Below are positions 37,533 to 45,831 of a stretch of DNA of 45,831 nt, piece by piece (within the stretch, counting starts at the first letter, position 1; each line of letters opens with the position of its first letter). A program made the position numbers and the translations under genes. Under the pieces are notes generated by a model. That model was not told the origin of the DNA. It was given only the letters and a program-made list of their open reading frames with translations, and made no database searches. This DNA comes from Sphaeroforma arctica JP610 (lineage: Eukaryota), in NCBI RefSeq assembly GCF_001186125.1, contig NW_014040382.1, positions 35,643 to 81,473 of the forward strand. The letters are read 5' to 3'.

Positions 37533-37997
37533 TGAGAGCCTACAGGTCTCAGGCCAGATTTTACAGCAAGAAACCCTCTTTGATTTATGGAAGTCAACAG
37601 AGATAGCTCACTCCCGAGAGCTAATCAAGTTGCTTAAACTAATCTCGAGAATTGAGTCAATACTCATAAGGTTTTTCAACGAACTCCCGAGAGTGGATTA
37701 AGTCTGCCAACCGCGACATTCTATTAATAGCTGTTGTTCTATACGAGTCGCAATCTATGCAGAAAGACGTCATGTGATCAGCGTGAGATTTTGTTGCAGA
37801 GAAGTTGAAATAAAATAGCATCGAAGTGTTAAAGTGTTCTGCATAAAAGTTCTCATACTGACCATATGAGCATTTGCCCTGGCCAGCCTAAGCGGCTGAA
37901 CACAAGCACAAACACCTAGAGCATAAAACCAAAGGTGAGGTCAGGAATAAATACATACACTTGTACTTTTTAAAGTCTACTGCATTGCACTCTAACA
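37533..37997 (+). mobile_element. Copia 3' LTR (~465 bp)
   Basis: TGAGAG...CTCTAACA directly after the PPT; unrelated Gypsy RT sequence begins at 37998. Confidence 0.75.
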
Positions 37998-39259
37998 TCA
38001 ACATACACTTGCACCCCTTTGATGTCTATGAGCAGGTTTGCCATGACTCTCTGGAACTATGCTGTGAGAAAATGTAGTCCAAACGAAGCTGACTTGAATA
38101 AGTACTGCGCTCCTCTCCACGAGAATGTGAAGAAGTGTTGGCTTGCTTCGTCTACTAGGTAGTGGTGGAACCTTCCTGTGTGATCTAACATTGAAAATAA
38201 CTGTACTCATTGTAGGTTGTATAGTCCTTCCTTTAATTTCGGAAACACAGACTTATCTTGTTCGTACCGGTAATTGATCTCTCGTAAGTTTAGACAAGCT
38301 CCTACTTTCTTGACGAGACCTGGTTGGTCATCTTCACCTGTTGATCACAACGGTATATTCACTGTTGCTGGTGTAGTTCGTTTGTATATGTGCCCATCTG
38401 TAAGCCACTTCCCTAAATTTTCGTCTGTTTCCGGAATATACTTGCGAGGTACAAAATTGACTTTAGCGTGCCTCATTTGTCTGACATTAATTTCATTTGC
38501 AGGTACTGTGACTGCGGAGCCTGGTAGGTTGCAATGTACGTCAGGAGTTAGGTTCGCATTTGTGTCTAAGAGGTCTGCCAGTGACTCTCCGAAACCTTCT
38601 ATTCCTATTTTGCATCTGTTGGTACAAGTGGATTGATTAATCCTGCTATGTATATGCCTATGTATGATAGAATGTCCATACTGAGAAGTATTGGTGCCTT
38701 CTCATCTGGGAGGTCCAACACTTCAAAAATTGGGAGGTATTCCTTCCTCCGCAATTAATGTCCCATACTTGGGTTGACCCTGTGCGTTGTATTCTTGCAT
38801 CTGTTTGTGCTAATTGTATAGAACCCGGTTGCGCTCTAACCGAGAAATAAAGATCAGTTACAACACTCTTGTCCATACATGAGCGTTGTGCGCCCCAGTC
38901 TACTAATGCATTGTATGTATTGCCATTAATTTGTATGTCAATATGTATTCGTTGGTCTCGTGGTACGGGGAGTGAGGATAAAGGTTGGGAATTTATATCA
39001 TTTGCATATGTTAACAACGCTTCTTCATGTCGCTTCTGACGCTCTCTTAGCAACCGATCTCCTTGCACTTTGGCTGCCGTTCTTATGCTTGCTTCAGTAG
39101 GAGAGTGAAACACCAATGCGCTCAGTGCACACCTCGATGTCGTTCAGTGTCTTGTTCTGCATGTCACTGAGAAACTTCTCTAACAGATAGTCTACTGGGT
39201 GATGTCCGAGTCTGTCAATAATGGGTCTGTTGAATTGTTCAGGATCCTTGGAGTGCTTG
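37998..39259 (-). pseudogene. pol: Family A fragment (partial gag, protease, RT up to YVD)
   Basis: Homologous, with deletions, to 42499-44270; ALVDWGAQRS protease; ends at GVQVYVD. Confidence 0.88.
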
Positions 39260-41792
39260 TGTAGCATCTAGGGACCAGATTATCAAAAAGCCAATCCAAA
39301 ACCCAAAACCCAGGATCATTAAATATTGAGTTTTGGAATTAAGATTGCAATGTTTCTGATATTAGAGTTATCAGAAATATTAGCGGTAGAACAGATCAGC
39401 TATACCGGGACTCCGCGTGTGAAAGAAACACTCAAGTTAATCCCGAGTCTAGTGAAAACACACAAAAAGACCCAGTTCAGTTCTCTCAGACCAGGGACTT
39501 TTCCTAGCTGAGACAACCGTACTTGAGCAGAGGTCTATTGTACCCCTTAGCCGGTATCGTTCAGCTACTCTCTATACTCTATATTTTTTACAATATCCTT
39601 ACTAAAAGTCAAGTAGCTTACACTCAACAAACACACAGAAGAGAAACGAGGGACTGCTAGTATATATTAGAAGTCTCGAAGAACTTTCTTTATAAGAAGA
39701 AGACGAGACGAGGCCCCAACAGAGGAACAAAGTCGCTCTAACCACCACGGAAGGGAATAAATAGAAGGAGGTTAGAAGTGGAAAGGCAGCAGGAGAACAG
39801 TTGAAGAGGTGAAGAAAACTTTGTTCTCTGTCCACCAAGAAAAACAAGCAGGTAATTATATCGTGTTCCTGTGCAGGGTCCAAAAGGATCGAGGTAAAAG
39901 TATTGTGTACAGTGTGAGACTCTTAAAAACAAGTATTCAGGAATAGAGAGAAGGACAGAAAGTATCAAGGTCAAGGTGGGACGAAAAGGTGTGAGCGAGT
40001 TAAAAAAAATAAGCTGTCACATTGATAAAATCATCAATGTTGGGGTTTCTCGAACAAGAAAAACACACTGACGTCAACACTTAGAAAAGACATTGCCCCT
40101 CAACCATAGACTCTATACAAAAGAACAATAGACTCTCTATACAAAAGAGACATACATCAGCACACAAAATAACATGGTCACAGTGGTACAGAGTAAACAA
40201 ACATGCGAACATCGAATGCACAAAGGCGTTTAGGCAAGTAATGTCATGAAAGCTTAACATTGTCAAATACAAAGAACCTCATTATCATAGACTAACAAAT
40301 AAGAAGGCCGCAGTCTCAATCGCTCATAGAAGCACAGTCCGAACAATTAGATCAAGGGCATCAGCTTTAAATTGAGATCGAAAAGGAGACAAGACACACA
40401 TGCAACAGCAAGAGTGAACTTTATTTAGTCAAGTATCCTAACTTTAGATTAAGAGATCTTACACAACATAAAGAAGGATTTAACCCACCTGATTCACATG
40501 TAACACACACAAACATCTGATGAAGATCAGAAATCGTGTACCAGCAAAATATGCACACAATCAAGACACAATCTGGCACATATCGCTTGCACACAACATA
40601 GTATCGCCACACAACAGTGGTATATCCAGAGTAACGAACTGAACCCAGTTTGATCAGGTATCAACCATACTAAAGAAAAGGATCACAACGAGATTGAGGA
40701 CAGAACTCGAAGGCACATATCTAAGAAACAGACATCAGCTATAGAGATAATATGGACGCATCATAACATATAATATAAACACATAATCGCAACATATGAT
40801 CAATCAGATCAAGCAATCAAGCAAACAACAAACGTCCACTCTGAAGAGATTGAGATCGCACTTTAAGATCAAAGATCAAATAGTAAGCAATCCAGCAGCT
40901 ATACAAATACTACCAATGCACGGAGAAATCACACGATCAATCAAGCCAGCATCCACAAGATTGACTAAACATAAAACAGATCAAGTGAACGCACATAAAT
41001 AAGTGAATAAAGCGAATATCGATTGAGATGCACATGGCCATCACAGACAAATAAGTGAATGGGAACCTAGCAAAAGTACTTGAGTAGTACTGACTATTAG
41101 CGCACAAAACGATTACAGGCAAGCAGGTTAATACATACCAGTATACAACAATCACCAGACAATTAGTCTGGGTGGTAACAAGAAGGGTGAGTAACACTGC
41201 GCACTTATCTCATCACACATTGAACCTGACATCGGAGGTGAGACCTGCACACAAAATCACACACAAGTGCCAAGGGAATCATAGGTGGGAAGCATTCATG
41301 TATATAATACATAGAACACGCCAAGTGACACCACACACACAACAGTTCGGTACACACACAACGTACAAGGTACAGTAACTAGGACCGAACATCAAGGGGT
41401 GACGTCAGTAGGACCGAACATCAAGGGGTGCCGTCACTAGAACAGAACATCTCAATGAGATATCACGTGAGAAAATAATTTCTCACATGACGAAATAATC
41501 ACAAGTAAGTCCACGCGTGACGAAATAAGCTTGACTAACAAACACCGTTTAACCCCTCATAAACACAGGGAACAAAGCAAAAAGCTACCGTACCATACAT
41601 AACGGTAAACACTTCCCGGGGAAGTGCAGCGAAGCAACAACACTATAATAGTAAGTAAAAAAACTTCGAAAATTATTTATTTCATACGAATTAATACTAA
41701 AGACAAGGGGGTGAAGCGCGCATCGCACAAAATATGGCAACAGTCTTTATTAATAACCTGCAATACCCACACACAATCACAGATATCTCAAG

Positions 41793-43130
41793 ATGCCAAC
41801 GGCAACCAGAGCAAGCGTGTATGGTGGTGAAGAAGGGAGTGTGGGCACGGATAGTGCAAGTGCCAACCCAATGGGGGGGGGGGGGGGGGACAAGCCCAGG
41901 CAGTGGCTCCGGCCAGCCTACACCGGCTGGGGTACCCATACTAATTTCAGCTATGCGTCAAGAAATAAACAAAAGAATTTGCCAAGGCAACATTTCCTGG
42001 TTAGTAGGTTTGTTTCCAAATAGGAACAACCAACAGCAGTGCCTATACCGACTCTACACATGATGAGAGTAGGCATTCATGACCAACAGCCAGAACGACG
42101 TATGCCACTCGTGAATGCGGAGCTCAGACGAAGATATGATTTAGCTATCAATGATTGTGGAGACGAAGATGAGGATGAATCCATTCAAATAAGTCAATAC
42201 ATTAATGAGTTAGAGCTCATGCGTTCACGCTTAGGCGACCAGACAAACGAACCACCTCTCGCAAAACTACTAAGACATCATAATTTCCTAAACTCCCTGA
42301 AGATAGTGACTTTAGAATGGAAAATTGCGAAGACATCATAGAGTTCACTACGCGGCGATGTAGTGACCTATTCCTAACAAAGTCCATGCCACTGTGTCAG
42401 TACTCCGCACTAGTAAGAAACCCATTAGATTCCACTGATGTAGCGGAGAAGACCAAGTCAGTACTCAATAACTTGAGAGATTCTGAGACGCATACAACCA
42501 AGCACTTCAAGGAACCTAAGCAATTCAATAGAATCATTATTGGCAGACTCAGGCCTCACCCAGTAGACTATCTGTTATAGAAGCTTCTCAATGACATGCA
42601 GAACAAGAAGCTGAACGTCGAAGTGCGCACAGAGCGTGCACATAAGACTATGGCGATGTTAGAGGAGCGGTACCGCAACTCAAACAAGGAACCCATACAC
42701 TTCCAACTCCTTAAAGTACAAAGATACCAAGCACTTATGTACTACGGACAACAAGCACAGGTGGATGCTCTCATCAAGGCAGACAAGCAACCTGATGGAA
42801 GTGAGGGGCACTTATCAGATATAGAACACACTAAGTTTCATACTATGACTGAGGCAAGCATAAGAGCGGAGTCCAAGGTGCAAAGAGACCGAATGCCAAG
42901 GGAACAGTTGCGAGTGCAGAACAAGCGTCAAAACACGCAGACAACCAACCACGCTGAGAGTAGTACACTACCGCTACTAACAAAAGGCATAAACCAGATA
43001 ACGGTGCACCCAATCAAACCAAACCAATAGGACAAGCCCAAGAGAAGAAAGGGGAACGCGAGGAGCGCGCATGTCCTTATTGTAAGGTGATGCCAGCCCC
43101 ACATCGCTTCAGTCAATGTCCCATGAAGGC
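41793..43130 (+). pseudogene. gag: Family A gag, frameshifted (including at the G-run 41873-41889)
   Basis: Chain of ORFs 41793-43030, then the knuckle CPYCKVMPAPHRFSQC near 43072-43120. Confidence 0.7.
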
Positions 43131-43266
43131 GTCGAATCAGACCACGCAGGCTGAGGAGCGTGTTTGAAATGATGTGCAAGTAGCACGACTGTTCATTACC
43201 TCCGGTAAAGTAAAAGACATCACAGATGGTGATGAGCACTGAGATAACTAGTGGGCGGAAGCGAAC

Positions 43267-43605
43267 ATGATTGATCTGGCTGACAGTCTAAATGTAAATG
43301 CAGATGAAGTGACGTTGTTAATAAATTTAAATGATATAAATTACCAACCTTTGGACCAACGAATACACATTGACATACAAATTAATGGCAATACATACAA
43401 TACACTAGTAGACTCGGGTGCACAACGCTTATGTATGGATAGGATTGTAGTAACTAATCTTTATTTCTCGGTTAGAGCGCGACCGGGTTCTATACAATTA
43501 GCACAAACAGATGCAAGAATACAACGCACAGGGTCAACCCAAGTATGGGACATTAATTGCGGAGGAAGAAAAACCTCTCAATGTTTTGAAGTGTTGGACC
43601 TTTAG
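43267..43605 (+). pseudogene. pol: Retropepsin of family A
   Basis: IDIQINGNTYNTLVDSGAQRLCM. Confidence 0.9.
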
Positions 43606-43702
43606 ACAAGTAGGCACCCATACTTCTCAGTATTGACATTCTACCATACATCGGCATATACATAGCAGGATTAATCAATCCAATTGTACCAACAGATGCA
43701 AA

Positions 43703-45120
43703 ATGGGAATAGAAGGTTTCGGAGAGTCACTGGCAGACCTCTTAGACACAAATGCGAACCTACCTCCTGACGTACATTGCAATCTACCAGGCTGCACAGC
43801 CACAGTGCCTGCAAACGAAATTAATGTCAAACGAATGAGGCACGCTAAAGTCAATTTTGTACCTAACAATTATATTCCGCAAATGAACGAAAATGTACAA
43901 AAGTGGCATACAGATGGGCACATATACAAACGAACCACACCAACAGCAGTGAATCTACCGTTGTTATCAACAAGTGAACATGTCCAAACCCAATAGTTTT
44001 TGCTACCAAAATTAAAGGAAGGACTATACAACCTACAATGAGTACAGTTATTTTCAATGTTAGATCACACAGGAAGGTTCCACCACTACCTAGTAGACGA
44101 AGCAAGCCAACACTTCTTCACATTCTCGTGGATAGGAGCGCAATACTCATCCAAGTCAGCGCCGTTTGGACTACACTCACTCACAGCGCAGTTCCAGAGA
44201 GTCATGGCAGTTCCAGAGAGTCATGGCAAACCTGCCCATATACATCAAAGGTATGCAAGTGTATGTAGATGACAATCATTGCGAGTCTTACAGAATAATA
44301 ACACCGCAAGACAGTTCGCGAAGTAATCAAGCGACTGAATGGAGCAAACTTCGGACTTAATCACAACAAGTGTGCATTCGCGGTCAAAGTGGTCAACATT
44401 CTAGGGGTGAAAGTCGCCACCTAGGGACTCAAAGCGGATCCTGAGAAACAAAAAAGGTTGATGGACTGGTCACTACACAGAACAAAAAGAGATCTGCACA
44501 AAGCGGCGGGACTCGCAAACTATATGCGTGACCATGTCACCAACTTTTCCCACACAACGAAACACTTCCGGAAATAATGCAGGGAAAATGAACCAGAACA
44601 TATCCATGTTATGGACTCCGGAACTCAAAACGAAGTGTAAGAACTCAAAAACCCCATCGCATGTTCGGCGACACTAGCATACCCTGTTGATGGGGTACCA
44701 TTTCAAATAGTGAACGATGCTAGTGACTATGGCAAAGAAGTATGTTTTATTTCAAGTCATCGATGGGGTTGGGAGACACATTCTCTACTTCTCAAAAGGC
44801 TTGAATCCAGTACAACAACGTTATGGCATAAAAACTAAGGAGCTACTAGCACTAAGGAGCCACTAGCACTAAGAAGCTACTAGCACCAAGGAGCTACTAG
44901 CACTGGTATACAGCCTGGAACATTTATCCGAATACATCAAAGGAAGGGACATAATACTGTGGACAGATCATAAAGCACTCACGCAAAAGAACAGTCAACA
45001 GACTTTACACCCAATGCTAACCAAATGGATAGCAAAAATATTCCATCACCATTTCTCCATCATATACGTCCCAGGCAAAGACGACCATAGGGTAGATGTG
45101 GTGTCGCGTCTACACGAAGA
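43703..45120 (+). pseudogene. pol: Gypsy RT and RNase H of family A
   Basis: LDHTGRFHHY, APFGL, QFQRVM, VYVDD, KCAF..V..LG; VNDASDYG, KELLAL, WTDHKAL, YVPGKDDHRVDVVSR. Confidence 0.9.
44834..44901 (+). repeat. 17-bp tandem repeat x4 inside RNase H
   Basis: ACTAAGGAGCTACTAGC units at 44834, 44851, 44868 and 44885. Confidence 0.92.
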
Positions 45121-45232
45121 CACGTTTAATACTAAAACGTCCGAGGTATTACAAGACGCGAACAAAACAACACATAACAGCCAAGAGTACACAACATTGG
45201 AAACTAACATGCCCATAAGCACATCAGTTATA

Positions 45233-45587
45233 GACTGGATATTACACTCCAGATTATACAAAGAAGCTGAAAGACGGTGTGGGAAATTCACAGTAGATCT
45301 GATTGCGTCGGCACACAATGCACGCCCAACCCAACCAGGAAGCGAAGGCATGGGCGAACCCGTCATGGGAACTCATACCTGATGTCCTTGACAAAGTCAA
45401 CGAAGAGGCAACCAGCATCACGATATGTGTACCATATTACCCCAGTGCAACGTGGTTTCCAACATTCTTGACTTTACTAGAAGAAGATATGATGCTAGTG
45501 GAAAACACAAACAAAAATTTTCTCGAAGCAGACAAGAAAGCATGTGGGAAGACCCCGTGGGGCGTCCCATTAGTAGCAAAGATATGA
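45233..45587 (+). pseudogene. Second copy of the Dam/DIRS-type N6-adenine methyltransferase domain
   Basis: DWILHSRLYKEAERRCGKFTVDLIASAHNA / AWANPSWELIPDVLDKVNEEATSITICVPYYPSATWF; internal deletion and frameshift between the two blocks. Confidence 0.85.
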
Positions 45588-45831
45588 GTGAAGGCTCTAT
45601 ACTTCAGCTCAAAGCGGGAACAACCTGCCATACATGTTGCAGCATCATATCCAGTTCTATCTGGAGATGCACCACAGGCAACAAAATACGAGACACGCGT
45701 CAACATCATCGAGCAATACCACAACTTGGGACATTACACTCCCGAGAAAACGGTAACCAAGTTTGTAGTAAAAGTCCGCGGGTAAACTCTTATTGAAGGA
45801 TACGCCTTGCTTGAATCTCGGCCCGAGTTGG

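Larger units (their letters stand above)
33053..37997 (+). mobile_element. Ty1/Copia retrotransposon, degenerate, 5' LTR missing
   Basis: Domain order gag-PR-IN-RT-RH; PPT GAGGGCGAG at 37524-37532; 3' LTR 37533-37997. Confidence 0.92.
39260..45770 (+). mobile_element. Most complete family A Gypsy: LTR, 2.2-kb leader, gag, PR, RT, RH, N6A-MTase, start of integrase
   Basis: LTR 39260-39583 followed by ordered domain motifs; similarity to the minus-strand copy appears to stop near 45760. Confidence 0.9.

Overview
Eukaryotic-type, transposon-saturated window with (AT)n microsatellites, two 20-N gaps and no confidently intact host gene. It is a nest of decayed retroelements from five families. 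(1) An APE-endonuclease/RT non-LTR element at 2315-6017 (-), fused head-to-head to an inverted copy of its own 3' end (6023-6846), with a third, 5'-truncated copy at 30001-31592. (2) Ty3/Gypsy family B with short TGTGGAC...CCACA LTRs and gag-protease. (3) A chromodomain-bearing Gypsy, family C, with an ~870-bp LTR, PPT and integrase-GPF-chromodomain. (4) A Ty1/Copia element at 33053-37997. (5) Gypsy family A, with a ~325-bp LTR and a 2-2.7-kb leader. The most notable observation is that the family A pol carries a phage-Dam/DIRS-type DNA N6-adenine methyltransferase domain (DLFAS...NPPW) between RNase H and a DDE integrase, seen in two diverged copies (22590-22981 on -, 45233-45587 on +). All coding regions are interrupted by stops or frameshifts. 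Boundaries and identities were read by eye, with no database searches.
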